A stretch of 64,000 nt of DNA from a virus. A model generated the notes under the pieces. The model worked only from the letters and a program-made list of their open reading frames with translations. It did no database searches and was not told where the DNA came from. A program made the position numbers and the translations under genes. The stretch is from positions 31,494-95,493 of IMG/VR virus record IMGVR_UViG_3300037264_007554. One strand, 5' to 3'. Below, piece after piece: positions 28,434-38,103 of the stretch; the first letter of the stretch is position 1, and the number at the start of each line of letters is the position of its first letter.

Positions 28434-28798
28434 CGGCAAGTACGCCAGCGGTTCCAGTCCGTTTTCGGAACGAGCACGTCGATGTCCCGGTCCCCGCGCA
28501 GGCGCGCAGCAGCTCCGCGGTGGTTCCCGTTCCACACGAACAGCGTGGTGATCCGGCGGCGGCAGGCGCGCTCTCCGTAAGACGCCAGCACTGCGGGAAA
28601 TGGTGTCTTTCGCGCGGCGTACGCGGCGACGCGGCCTACATCAGCAGGCTCGTGAATGTCCAACGCGTCCAGTGGAAGCCGAATGCGCACATGGGGCTCG
28701 TCTCTGACACGTGCGATCGTCGCAGGTCTGCCGTGCTTGCCTCCGGTGTCCGTCCGTGCGACGTGTCGGCGCACTTTCGATGCAGGAACGATCCGCAT
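28430..28798 (-). CDS. Basic ParB/Srx-like protein with 2 Cys
   Basis: VWNGNHRGAAARLRG motif; TGATG coupling. Confidence 0.55.
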   Translation of the reverse strand: MRIVPASKVRRHVARTDTGGKHGRPATIARVRDEPHVRIRLPLDALDIHEPADVGRVAAYAARKTPFPAVLASYGERACRRRITTLFVWNGNHRGAAARLRGDRDIDVLVPKTDWNRWRTCR

Positions 28799-29151
28799 CA
28801 GCACTTCCGCCAGAGCGTCACGCCGCCCGGCCGGACGACGGCGTAGAGGCCGCCGTGCACCGGTTTCTTGCCCTTCCGGGTGACGAAGGTCTTGTACTTG
28901 TACGGATCGTACGTGACGGCGATTTTGCAAGCGCCGCGCGGGGCGCCCTTGCTCGTCAGCGTTCCGCGCACGAAGGCGTGGACGTTCTTGCGCTTCTCTC
29001 GCAACACACGCGCGCGGCCGCCCGCGCCGACCACGAACTTCGGCGTCAGCAAGGCGACCTTCTGCGAGCACTTCTGCACGCGGCCGCCCTTACGGACGCT
29101 GATGCAGCCCTTGTGCAAGTTGCGGTAGGCGTCGACGGTCACGGCAGCCAT
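28798..29151 (-). CDS. Basic phage protein with 4 Cys
   Basis: YRNLH..RVLREKRKNVHAFVRG..YDPYK. Confidence 0.65.
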   Translation of the reverse strand: MAAVTVDAYRNLHKGCISVRKGGRVQKCSQKVALLTPKFVVGAGGRARVLREKRKNVHAFVRGTLTSKGAPRGACKIAVTYDPYKYKTFVTRKGKKPVHGGLYAVVRPGGVTLWRKC

Positions 29152-29402
29152 CCCTCCGGCGCAGGCATGAAACCGTAGGGCGCTTCGGTGCGGCCGTAGC
29201 CAAGGGCTTCCACACCTGCCTGTGTGGCAACCCCCCACGGTATGTTCCCACGGCCGTACGTCGCCCGCCGCCAACCGAGACGAACGAGACCCATGCGAGT
29301 GAGCGCCCGCGCCGTCGGTTTGGACAAGTAAGAGAATTCGCCGTAGCCATGCCCGCCCGCCTGCGCAAATTTTCTCAGCGCCTCTTGTTGAGCTTTCGTC
29401 AT
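29139..29402 (-). CDS. Small basic winged-helix-like protein
   Basis: TARALTRMGLV..TQAG. Confidence 0.5.
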   Translation of the reverse strand: MTKAQQEALRKFAQAGGHGYGEFSYLSKPTARALTRMGLVRLGWRRATYGRGNIPWGVATQAGVEALGYGRTEAPYGFMPAPEGWLP

Positions 29403-29409
29403 CAACGCC

Positions 29410-29649
29410 TCACCTGAGAGATTTCCTGAGACGATTCACGTCGGCAAGTTTGTAACAGCGGCTGTCGTGCATCACAAGGTAGCCTGTGTCGTACGCCTCT
29501 CGGGATTGCGCGCCCATATGCCAGCAAGCGCCCTTCCAGCGGCCTTCCCGCGCCGCAACAATCACCCGCGACTCGCCGACGAAAGTGATGCCCCCTTTCC
29601 GCACCGAGCCTTCGACGTAGTCTAGGTTGAACCGGCGTTTTCGACGCAT
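29410..29649 (-). CDS. Small basic protein with 2 Cys
   Basis: taagTTGCGG-N16-TACAAT-N6-ATG. Confidence 0.6.
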   Translation of the reverse strand: MRRKRRFNLDYVEGSVRKGGITFVGESRVIVAAREGRWKGACWHMGAQSREAYDTGYLVMHDSRCYKLADVNRLRKSLR

Positions 29650-29684
29650 GCCCTGATTGTAAGGCCGCGGCCGCAGGCCGCAAC

Positions 29685-29993
29685 TTACGACCTCGGCAGC
29701 CTCATCCGGGCGAACTGATACTTGAACGCCGAGTACCCTCCCAGGTCGCCAGGCTCGCCTGGCTCATCCAGCCGGGCGTCGTCCTCGTAGGCCGGTAACT
29801 TCCGGCCCGTCGCGGACGTCGCGTCGTACGGCTCGCCGTGGTCCGGCGTCAGCGACATCTGCGTCTGTGCGCCGCCTTTCAGGGGCAGCAGCCGGAACAA
29901 GAAGTCGCCGACCCAGCGATCCCGCGGCGTGCCTTGCACGAGAAAGCGGGCCATCTGGAAGATGCCGCGGTCGATGGTGGTGACGCCCCTCAT
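29685..29993 (-). CDS. Hypothetical protein
   Basis: Coupled to DnaA-like gene. Confidence 0.5.
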   Translation of the reverse strand: MRGVTTIDRGIFQMARFLVQGTPRDRWVGDFLFRLLPLKGGAQTQMSLTPDHGEPYDATSATGRKLPAYEDDARLDEPGEPGDLGGYSAFKYQFARMRLPRS

Positions 29994-30430
29994 GCCTGGG
30001 GGCTCTCGCGGTAGAGCGGGATCGTCCCCTGGGGCGGTGTCACCACGCACACCGTCTCCCGTGTCCCCATGTTCGACAGCAGCTTCGAGATCTTAAACAA
30101 GTCCTGCCGGACTTGAGCACCTGTCAACTCGTGCGCCAGCAGCCCCTCGACCGTCTCCACGGCGTGCATGACCGTCGTGTGGTGCTTGCCGCCGAACTCT
30201 GCCGCGATACCTGGGAAGCTCAACTCCGTGAGCCTGCGCATCAGGAACATCGCGAGGGACCGCGGGTACGTGTGCACGCGTGCACGGCTGCTGCCGATCA
30301 GCACCCTGCGCGTGATCTTGAAACGCTTCTGAACGGCCTCCCGGATCTCGGCTGCGGTCCAGATGGAGACGGTCCGGATGACACTGGTCCTGCTGACGAT
30401 AGGCGGCGCGTTCGACGGCACGTGGTCCAC
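29990..30430 (-). CDS. DnaA domain-IV (C-terminal HTH) protein
   Basis: PRSLAMFLMRRLTELSFPGIAAEFGGKHHTTVMHAV. Confidence 0.85.
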   Translation of the reverse strand: MDHVPSNAPPIVSRTSVIRTVSIWTAAEIREAVQKRFKITRRVLIGSSRARVHTYPRSLAMFLMRRLTELSFPGIAAEFGGKHHTTVMHAVETVEGLLAHELTGAQVRQDLFKISKLLSNMGTRETVCVVTPPQGTIPLYRESPQA

Positions 30431-30544
30431 TCACCGTAGCACGGGCCGCGCGAACCGAGGCAACAGAAAAGAGCCAGACCGCGGCGCGGGCGGCGCGGGC
30501 GGCGCGCGGCGCGCGGCGCGGCGCGGCGCGGGTGGCAACGCCGC

Positions 30545-30582
30545 AAAAAGAAAACCGGGGGCCCCTTTCGGAGCCCCCGGTC
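30545..30582 (-). terminator. Rho-independent terminator
   Basis: ccgggggctcc-gaaa-ggggcccccgg plus T-run. Confidence 0.8.
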
Positions 30583-30629
30583 GCCCGGGGCCCTACCTCT
30601 TCCGGAAGCGGGGTCGTCTGAGCAGGATC
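30545..30629 (-). ncRNA. Candidate ~85-nt small RNA
   Basis: Promoter TTGACT(30659-64)-N17-TACGGT and intrinsic terminator 30545-30582; no ATG-initiated ORF between. Confidence 0.45.
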
Positions 30630-30739
30630 GCAGCCACCGTAACGGCAACGGCGTAACGAGTCAAGCGGTTGTTTCCTCTGTGCTGTTGACGCGCCGTCCA
30701 CGCGCCTGTCTACGGCGTTTTCGAGCAACTTCCGAGAGC

Positions 30740-31150
30740 CCCTGAATACCCCTTTTTAATTACGCAGCACAGCAGCACAGGTTCTCGTCTATATTGTAGT
30801 GGGTAAGGATGATGTTTTTTTTTCAGAGGTTTCTTCAGTCAATTTCACTCCAACTGTTGTGCTGCGTTATCTTTTTTCCGTTTTCCTTAATGATTATCAC
30901 ATCTAATGCAGCACAACATAGTTTTTGTGTTGTGCTGAGTTAAAATAAAGAATAAAGAGATCAAATATTTAGAGAATTTGACACGGCACAACGATTTCCG
31001 AAATGCAGCACAGCATCTTTGTGTTGTGCTGCGTTGATCAAATATAAGTGGTCCCCGCGAAAATGCGCTCGACGGAATTAATAATCGCATTATGTGCTTT
31101 TGTACCGCAGCACAGCAAGTGATGTCGAAAAACACCATGTTGTGCTGCGC
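30740..31150. other. Putative replication origin with iteron-like repeats
   Basis: AT-rich noncoding block with about 9 GCAGCACA(G/A)C repeats in alternating orientation, between DnaA-HTH and primase genes. Confidence 0.65.
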
Positions 31151-31467
31151 CAGTGTGCCGCGTCATTCGTCTGAAAACGACCGGAAGCGATCTTCTGAAG
31201 CGGTCCTGAAAACGACCCGGGAAGCCGGTCTTTGGATGCACCTCCCGGACGCGACGAAGTGACCTTCGGAGGAGACCCGCGCGTGCGCGCGGGCCGGGCC
31301 ACGGGGCGCGCGAACGGGAGGGGGAAGGTGCTGGCCGTGACCGCGTGTCACGCGGTGGTCGCGTTTTTCTGATCCTGTGGATAAGAAAATTCTTGCCTCG
31401 TGCGATCGAAAAGGAGCATCTTCTTTTTCCCTCTTCCGGTCCGGCCCGAGTCGTTTTGAGTCGCTCG

Positions 31468-33861
31468 ATGCTGATCAGTTATTTTCCGAACATTCAACAG
31501 ACCCTCCCCGATCGCCAGGACAAAACCTGGGACGAATTCGCCGCAGATCTAGAGAGCCGCGGCCACGACTTCACGTACGCACGCAAGCTCGACGTGCCTG
31601 CGATTTCTCCGGCTGAGTACGCTCCAGGCGTGCACCGGCTCAAGAGCAAGGTCTTGGCTGTCCACTTCGGGTTCCTCGACTGGGACAAACTCACCGACGA
31701 GCAGTTCGCGGCCGCGAACGCCAAGCTGCAAGGCTACGAGCACATTTTCTACACGACGTGGTCGCATGCGGCGAGCGCGCCGCGCCTGTGCGGCCGCGTG
31801 GCCGTACGTTTCAGCAGGCCGGTGCTGGCGTCGGAGTGGGACGTTTTTTGGCCGCGGATGAACGCGCTGTTCGGGAACGTCGGCGATCCGGCCTGCAAGG
31901 ATCCAAGCCGGGTCTACTTCATCCCCGCGGCCCCGGCCGGAACCGAGGGCGACGCCATCCTTCACCATGAAACCGGCATGGCGATCGACGTGGACGCGCT
32001 GCTTGCGGCCCCTGCACAGACGACGGAGGCCGGTACAGAGAGCATCGCCCGGCGAGATGTAGAAGAACTCGCGAAGCGGCTCAAGCGCCGTCACTCTGCG
32101 CACCATCAGAAGATGGGTGGCGCTCTGACGCAGGTGTTGGAGGGCGAGCCTTTTGCTGACGAAGGTGAGCGGGATGAGGTGATCTTCCAGGTCACGTCGA
32201 TCTTGGTCGAAGCCTGGCCGAAGGCGAACGCGCACACGCTGGCGAATTTCTTCGCGCCTTCGATCGGCAAGATGTCGAAGATATCGACCGGCTGTCCTAC
32301 AGTAGCGGACGTCGAGGCGAAGATCCGGCGGCACCAAGAGTCTTTTCAACAAGAGCAGGCCGCGAAAGATCAGGAACAGTTCGAGAAGCGATCGGCGACG
32401 ATCCGCCAGGCATTCGCGAACGGACGATCGCACCCATACACAGATGACGAGCTGAATCAGTTCGCGGAGAGCGCAGGGTGTTCACGGGAAGCCTTCAGGC
32501 GTCGGTGGATAATTCAAAAAGCCAAGAGCTACTACCTGTATTTCAACGGCAGCTACCGGCCGCCGTTTTCAGATTCGGACATGGCCGTCGCCGCTCTCCG
32601 TGATCTGGCGCCCGCGCACTCGGCTGGCGTCGATCTCTGGAAAGTCTCCGCGCGTGGAGATCTGACTCTGAAATCGGCGCCTGAGTTGATGCAGAGCTAC
32701 GGCACGGTCGCGAGCGAGATCGTCGTGGACTTGACGGCCCAGGTGGCGAAGTTCGACGACAAGACGCAGACGTTCTACGAAGCGCCGTGTCCTCTGAGGA
32801 AGCTGAGACCGACGTACGATTGGCAGGTAGACGAATGGCTGCGCTGGCTCGCCGGGCAGCAGCACTACGAGACACTGTGTGACTGGATCGCGGTGGTCAC
32901 GAATCTGAAAGAGTCCTGCGCGGCCGTGTACCTCGACGGCGTGCCGGGCGCCGGGAAGACGCTGCTGGCCGACGGCCTGGCGCGGCTCTGGACCGAGGAA
33001 AAGCCGACGCCCTGCGAGGAAGCCATGAGCAGCTTCAACCAGTCGCTGTCTCGGTGTCCTCTCGTGCTCGCGGATGAAACGCTTCCAAAAGATTTTCGCG
33101 GCCGGGTGCGCACGGCGGATCTACGCCAGTTCATCCAGGCACGCGCGCGGCCGCTCTCGCGGAAGTTCTTGCCGAACGCGTCGATGCGAGGATCGATCAG
33201 GCTCATCATCACGGCGAACAACGAGGAGTTGCTCGTCAGCGGCGAAGCGCTTTCATCCAACGACATCCAGGCCATCGTCGACCGGGTGATCTACATCTAC
33301 TGTCCGAAGAACGCGGCCAGATACTTGAAGACCGTAGACACGCGCAGCTTCGTGACCGGCGATCGAATCGCGAAGCACGCGCTGTGGCTGGCGGAGTACA
33401 GAGCTGTGAAGGAGGGGAAGCGGTTCTTGGTCGAAGGCTCGGACTCGTCGCTGCACCGGACGTTAACGACATCGACGGGACTTCGATCTGCCGTCTGCAA
33501 CTGGTTGGTCGCGTTCTTGCTCTCGCCGAAGAATGCCGAGACCACGACGAAAAAGCTGGTTCGGGTACATGAGGGGCAACTGCTCGCGACTTCGCGCGGC
33601 CTCGCGCAGTGGTGGGATCTCTACAAGACCAACGAGCCATCACCGGCGGCTGGGCGGGTGAGCCAGGCGCTGGCCGGGCTGAGTAAAGGCCCCAAGATGC
33701 AGCTAATAGACGGGGAGGACAGAAGAACGCACTACTGGGTGATCGATCCGGAGAATCTCGTTTCCTGGGCCGACAGGAATGGGTACGCGACCGGCAACGT
33801 GATCTTGGAGGCGTTGATAGCTGCGGCGGAAAAAACTGAAACTACGGCGGACCTGAACTGA
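31468..33861 (+). CDS. Primase-helicase (N-terminal primase-like, C-terminal SF3/D5-like ATPase)
   Basis: LDWD, YTTWSH, DPACKDPSRVYF; GVPGAGKT, LADE, ITAN. Confidence 0.8.
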   Translation: MLISYFPNIQQTLPDRQDKTWDEFAADLESRGHDFTYARKLDVPAISPAEYAPGVHRLKSKVLAVHFGFLDWDKLTDEQFAAANAKLQGYEHIFYTTWSHAASAPRLCGRVAVRFSRPVLASEWDVFWPRMNALFGNVGDPACKDPSRVYFIPAAPAGTEGDAILHHETGMAIDVDALLAAPAQTTEAGTESIARRDVEELAKRLKRRHSAHHQKMGGALTQVLEGEPFADEGERDEVIFQVTSILVEAWPKANAHTLANFFAPSIGKMSKISTGCPTVADVEAKIRRHQESFQQEQAAKDQEQFEKRSATIRQAFANGRSHPYTDDELNQFAESAGCSREAFRRRWIIQKAKSYYLYFNGSYRPPFSDSDMAVAALRDLAPAHSAGVDLWKVSARGDLTLKSAPELMQSYGTVASEIVVDLTAQVAKFDDKTQTFYEAPCPLRKLRPTYDWQVDEWLRWLAGQQHYETLCDWIAVVTNLKESCAAVYLDGVPGAGKTLLADGLARLWTEEKPTPCEEAMSSFNQSLSRCPLVLADETLPKDFRGRVRTADLRQFIQARARPLSRKFLPNASMRGSIRLIITANNEELLVSGEALSSNDIQAIVDRVIYIYCPKNAARYLKTVDTRSFVTGDRIAKHALWLAEYRAVKEGKRFLVEGSDSSLHRTLTTSTGLRSAVCNWLVAFLLSPKNAETTTKKLVRVHEGQLLATSRGLAQWWDLYKTNEPSPAAGRVSQALAGLSKGPKMQLIDGEDRRTHYWVIDPENLVSWADRNGYATGNVILEALIAAAEKTETTADLN

Positions 33862-35777
33862 TGTGGACGGATCACGCTTTCTTGCACCTGGGGGACTGCC
33901 TCGAAGCGCTGGCGACGCTGCCGGAGAGCAGCATCGACGCGGTCGTGACGGACCCGCCGTACCACCTGACACAAGTCTCGCGTGGCGGTTCTCCTCGCAA
34001 GAACGATCCCGAGAGCCCGTTCGGCCGACACCACATCGGCGAGCGTGGGTTCATGGGCCGGGTCTGGGACGGCGGCGATGTCGCGTTCCGGCCGGAGACC
34101 TGGGCCGAGATCTTGCGCGTGGCGAAGCCCGGCGCGCACTTGCTGGCCTTCGGTGGGACACGGACCTGGCACCGGTTGGCGTGTGCGATCGAAGACGCAG
34201 GCTGGGAAATCCGTGACACGATCATGTGGGTCTACGGTACGGGGTTTCCGAAGTCGCTGAACGTGCAGCAGGCAATCAATAAAGCGGCGCGGGGAGTTCC
34301 GCAGGGTGTGGCCGATCCAAAAAGCCCGAATCATGGAAAATTCAAGGGAGGGTGTTCGGTTGAATCGCCAAATGGGCGAGGGTTTGGTGCAGGGGCCGGA
34401 GCATTTATGCAAGAGCAGGGCGTGCGGCGTGGAGATGATGAGGGGCCATGGAACGGTTGGGGCACGGCGCTCAAACCGGCAGTCGAATATATCGTGTGCG
34501 CAACAAAACCTCTTGATTTGCAGGGTTTGTGTGAAAGACTGGCTTTTAAGATAGGGGACAGTGTATGCCAGTTGAGATTGTGTGTGAAGGCTGCGGTAAA
34601 CGATTCTTCGTCAAACCAAAAAGAGTACGACGCGGGTGCAGATTTTGCTCGCTGGCGTGTCGTGCCTCCGTTCAGTACACCGGCAGATTTGTTCGCAGCG
34701 ATGGATACGTTGCGGTGCGTGTCGGATCTTCCTTTGAGCTTGAGCACCGCGCTCTCATGGCTCGATCTCTTGGGCGCCCTCTCAGAAATTGGGAGCACGT
34801 TCACCACAGAAACGAAAACAAGTCTGATAACAGACTTGGAAATCTTGAACTCATCTTCCGCAGCGATCACACCAGAATCCATCATCGCGGCATCGACCAT
34901 TCAACGTGGCATAGGATCAAATGCCTTACTTGCAGCAAGTATTTTCAACGTCGTATCAGCCAAACTCGTGAACATCCTCGGTGCTTCTGCTCCAGGTCTT
35001 GCTACATCGTTGGACGGGCATCCGGGCTTACGCCCTAACTGGCTTCCGATCATTCTGGCTCGCAAGCCGCCGGAAGGAACGGTCGCGGCGAACGTCCTGA
35101 AGCACGGGACAGGTGGTATCAACATCGACGGATGCAGAATCGAAACGAATGAGAATTTGAACGGAGGAGCTTACAGCGGCGGAATAAGACCCACTTCACT
35201 TCCCGGAGATGCGCGTCCGGCAGCTACTAGAAGCTATGCAAAACGTCGTGATCCAGAAGATTTCAAGCAGCCACCGGGCCGCTGGCCCGCGAATCTAGTC
35301 CACGACGGTAGCGATGAAGTGCTGGCGGCGTTTCCGGTGACGACGAGCGGATTGCTCTCACCGCATCATAAGCGAGGTGAGCAGGTCAACGTGTTTGGAA
35401 AAAGCAATGGTGCTTCACCTTCGAGAGAATTTGGAAACGATGTCGGCTCTGCGGCGCGGTTCTTCTACTGTGCGAAAGCAAGCAAGTCAGACCGTGGTGA
35501 AGGGAACAACCATCCGACGGTCAAGCCCCAGGCGCTCATGCGCTGGCTCGTCCGATTGGTGACGCCGCCCGGCGGCATGGTGCTCGACCCGTTCATGGGT
35601 TCGGGCACGACCGGCGTCGCCGCGCTGCTCGAAAAGTTAGACTTCATGGGCATCGAAAAAGAAGACGACGCGTTTCACATTTCAGAAAAACGCATCTCGC
35701 GAGCATTTTCCGGTGGACAGCCGGAGGTGACTCGTGCAAATACTGACAACGAAGCGGCCCCTCCTGGGTCGGGTTAG
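33861..35777 (+). CDS. DNA methyltransferase (beta class) with ~185-aa in-frame insertion
   Basis: TDPPY, GFPKS, WGTALKPA, RFFYCAKAS, HPTVKP, VLDPFMGSGTT. Confidence 0.85.
   Translation: MWTDHAFLHLGDCLEALATLPESSIDAVVTDPPYHLTQVSRGGSPRKNDPESPFGRHHIGERGFMGRVWDGGDVAFRPETWAEILRVAKPGAHLLAFGGTRTWHRLACAIEDAGWEIRDTIMWVYGTGFPKSLNVQQAINKAARGVPQGVADPKSPNHGKFKGGCSVESPNGRGFGAGAGAFMQEQGVRRGDDEGPWNGWGTALKPAVEYIVCATKPLDLQGLCERLAFKIGDSVCQLRLCVKAAVNDSSSNQKEYDAGADFARWRVVPPFSTPADLFAAMDTLRCVSDLPLSLSTALSWLDLLGALSEIGSTFTTETKTSLITDLEILNSSSAAITPESIIAASTIQRGIGSNALLAASIFNVVSAKLVNILGASAPGLATSLDGHPGLRPNWLPIILARKPPEGTVAANVLKHGTGGINIDGCRIETNENLNGGAYSGGIRPTSLPGDARPAATRSYAKRRDPEDFKQPPGRWPANLVHDGSDEVLAAFPVTTSGLLSPHHKRGEQVNVFGKSNGASPSREFGNDVGSAARFFYCAKASKSDRGEGNNHPTVKPQALMRWLVRLVTPPGGMVLDPFMGSGTTGVAALLEKLDFMGIEKEDDAFHISEKRISRAFSGGQPEVTRANTDNEAAPPGSG
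34565..35038 (+). mobile_element. HNH homing endonuclease nested in an alternative frame of the methylase gene
   Basis: CxxC, FCSxxC, EHR..LGRPL..EHVHHRNENKSDNRLGNLEL; own RBS AGGGGA. Confidence 0.85.
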
Positions 35778-35788
35778 CGAGTGAAGAG

Positions 35789-36496
35789 TTGAGCGAAAAA
35801 GCTGCTGTTCCTTTCATATACGGGCCCCAGTCTCGGGATACTGAGGACGATCGCGTGTGGTTCGCCGATCATCCCGGGAGGGATTGGAGAATTAGGGACA
35901 TAGGGTCGGGTGAAATGGAGTGGCTCTCTCTGACAACGCATCAAGGACAAGTTCCTGATCAGGTTCTTATGTATGAGCTGCTAAAAGCGCTCGCAGAAAA
36001 AAGTCAAAAGAGTTTCGAGATCAGGATGTGCGTTTTTCAAATCAAGCCGGGGCATCGCTACAGAGTTCCAATTTTAGGGCCGCGAGGCTGCTCTGACGAC
36101 GCGAAAATTATTTTTCAAGAAGAGTCCTTCGCTCGGCCTGTTTCTGCGAAAGAAAAATTGGAGGAATTGAGGAGAAGGTGGGCAGAAGTGGGAGAAGAAG
36201 CAGGGGTCTTGTCTGCAGATCCTCACGAGCATTGCGCGCAGTGTTCTACGAGTTTCAAAAACGGAGACATCACTATAGCTTTCGAGGGGCCAGTTCATCT
36301 TTGCGAAAAATGCGGCGTAGCTAGAGGGGGATCTCCGATAGGTTTGAGCGTGTTCGTTTTAGGTAGTAGCCGAGAAGACGCGAACGAAAATTTAGTTTAT
36401 TGGCTACAGAAAAGCGCTCGCCGGATACCGTCTGTAGCGAAGCAATTCGGAATGACGCTCAGGAAAACTAATACGGACAGGCAAGGCAGCAGTTGA
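35789..36496 (+). CDS. Hypothetical protein, lower GC
   Basis: 235-aa ORF with two CxxC. Confidence 0.55.
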   Translation: MSEKAAVPFIYGPQSRDTEDDRVWFADHPGRDWRIRDIGSGEMEWLSLTTHQGQVPDQVLMYELLKALAEKSQKSFEIRMCVFQIKPGHRYRVPILGPRGCSDDAKIIFQEESFARPVSAKEKLEELRRRWAEVGEEAGVLSADPHEHCAQCSTSFKNGDITIAFEGPVHLCEKCGVARGGSPIGLSVFVLGSSREDANENLVYWLQKSARRIPSVAKQFGMTLRKTNTDRQGSS

Positions 36497-37677
36497 TGAG
36501 CGAAGACTTTTCCACGCCGGACGGCGACTATATTTCTGCGAGTCAGATCGAATCCTGGCGTCTGTGCAAGCGGCGATGGGCATGGGGCAAGATCGACAAG
36601 ATCTACGGCCCGGCGAATCCTGCGGCCGAAAAGGGCAAGATCGTTCACGAGGTTCTTGAGGAATGGCTGAAGCATGGCGTGGTGATCGATCTCGATGCGA
36701 CGCGGACGCTGCCCGACGGCACGGTGTTCAAACCCGGGCCGATCGCGGCCGCGGGTCTGAAGCATTTGCCGATGCCGGGCACATGCGGGACCGAGCGAAA
36801 CATTTTCGTCAGGACGAAGGTCGCGAAGTACCAGGGGTATATCGACTGGGACACGAAAGGTGAGATTCCGGTCGTCGGCGATCACAAGACCACGTCGAAC
36901 TTCAAGTGGGCGAAGACTGAAGATGATCTGAGAAAAGATCCGCAGGCAACGATCTACGCCGCAGCTTTGATGGAGGAGACTAAAAAGTCTACCGTCGAGC
37001 TGCGGTGGGTTTACTACCTGACGAGCGGCAAGAGCCAGTCGAAAAAGGTGAGCCTGCTGGTCTTGCGCGAGGACATCGAGAAGAACTTCGATGACCTGGA
37101 CGTGACGGCCGCCGAGATTATGCACGCCAGGAAGACCGTCAAGACGGCGAAAGATTTGGAACCGAACGTGCGCTCGTGCGACATGTTCGGAGGATGTCAG
37201 TACAGGGAAAATTGCAATTTGAGTTCAACAGAAAGGATCAAGGGAATCATGGCACAACAGTCATTGGCAGAGAAAATGGCGGCGAGGAGCGCGGGCAAAA
37301 CTCCGGCCGCGGCAGGCCCGGCGACGAAGACCAACGGTGCGGCAGTCGGCGCGGGCATCAACCCGCCGGAGGGTAAGGCGCCGACGACACCGGCGGACAT
37401 GGCGGCCGCAGCGACCGCTGCGACCGCGGCTGCGGCACCTGCAGCGGCAGCGCCTCCCCAGGTGGAAGCGGGCAAGAAGCGAGGCCGACCGGCCGGAACG
37501 GCGGCAACTTCCGCGGCCGGGCCGACGGCTCTGCCGGAGACGACGCCGTCCGGCGGTCTGCGCACGGCGAAAGAGGTGTGGCGGGGGTACGCGAAGGCCG
37601 CGCTCTCCGGCGGGCACGACTTGCAGACGGCGATCGGGCTCGCGAACGGCATGCTGGATTACGATCTGAGCAACTAG
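36496..37677 (+). CDS. PD-(D/E)XK RecB/Cas4-like nuclease with Ala-rich tail
   Basis: ISASQI..C, GxxVH, GYID, DHKT, QxxxY, C-terminal Cys cluster. Confidence 0.8.
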   Translation: MSEDFSTPDGDYISASQIESWRLCKRRWAWGKIDKIYGPANPAAEKGKIVHEVLEEWLKHGVVIDLDATRTLPDGTVFKPGPIAAAGLKHLPMPGTCGTERNIFVRTKVAKYQGYIDWDTKGEIPVVGDHKTTSNFKWAKTEDDLRKDPQATIYAAALMEETKKSTVELRWVYYLTSGKSQSKKVSLLVLREDIEKNFDDLDVTAAEIMHARKTVKTAKDLEPNVRSCDMFGGCQYRENCNLSSTERIKGIMAQQSLAEKMAARSAGKTPAAAGPATKTNGAAVGAGINPPEGKAPTTPADMAAAATAATAAAAPAAAAPPQVEAGKKRGRPAGTAATSAAGPTALPETTPSGGLRTAKEVWRGYAKAALSGGHDLQTAIGLANGMLDYDLSN

Positions 37678-37680
37678 CTC

Positions 37681-38103
37681 ATGACCCTCGCCGACAGGAT
37701 GCGCGCGAAGGCTCAGGAGCGCTGGGCAGAAAAAGGGCCAGAGTACGCGCAGCGGCGGGAGCAACGAGCCAAGGAACAGCAGGCAAAGGCAGAAAAGAAA
37801 GCACGTGCCGCCGAAGCACAAGAAAGGGCACGGCAGGAAGCCTGGCGGCATTTTCACGCGCAGCAACAACAGAGACAGCAAGCAGAGCAGAACACGTACC
37901 GGATATGGGAGGATGCTTTTGGATTTGGTCGAAGTCAGCCTCAGCCTCAGACGAAGGCGCTCTCGAAAGAGCGCGTCAAGGTCATCGACAGAATCCAAAA
38001 GCTCCTCCGGCTCGCGGCCGGGGGCACGACAGCAGAGGAATCTCGGACGGCAGCGACGGCCGCGTACAAACTGATTGAGGAACACAGGATCGAATTCAGA
38101 TGA
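37681..38103 (+). CDS. Hypothetical protein with DUF2786-like C-terminus
   Basis: IDRIQKLLRLA..TAEE..A..AYKL. Confidence 0.6.
   Translation: MTLADRMRAKAQERWAEKGPEYAQRREQRAKEQQAKAEKKARAAEAQERARQEAWRHFHAQQQQRQQAEQNTYRIWEDAFGFGRSQPQPQTKALSKERVKVIDRIQKLLRLAAGGTTAEESRTAATAAYKLIEEHRIEFR

Noticed and set aside
34468-35070. Intein in the methylase
   Set aside because: No C/S start with HN-C/S/T end at the boundaries, and the nuclease is in a different frame
36496-37677. Cas4-like nuclease as part of a CRISPR system
   Set aside because: No other cas genes or array; typical phage replication/recombination nuclease
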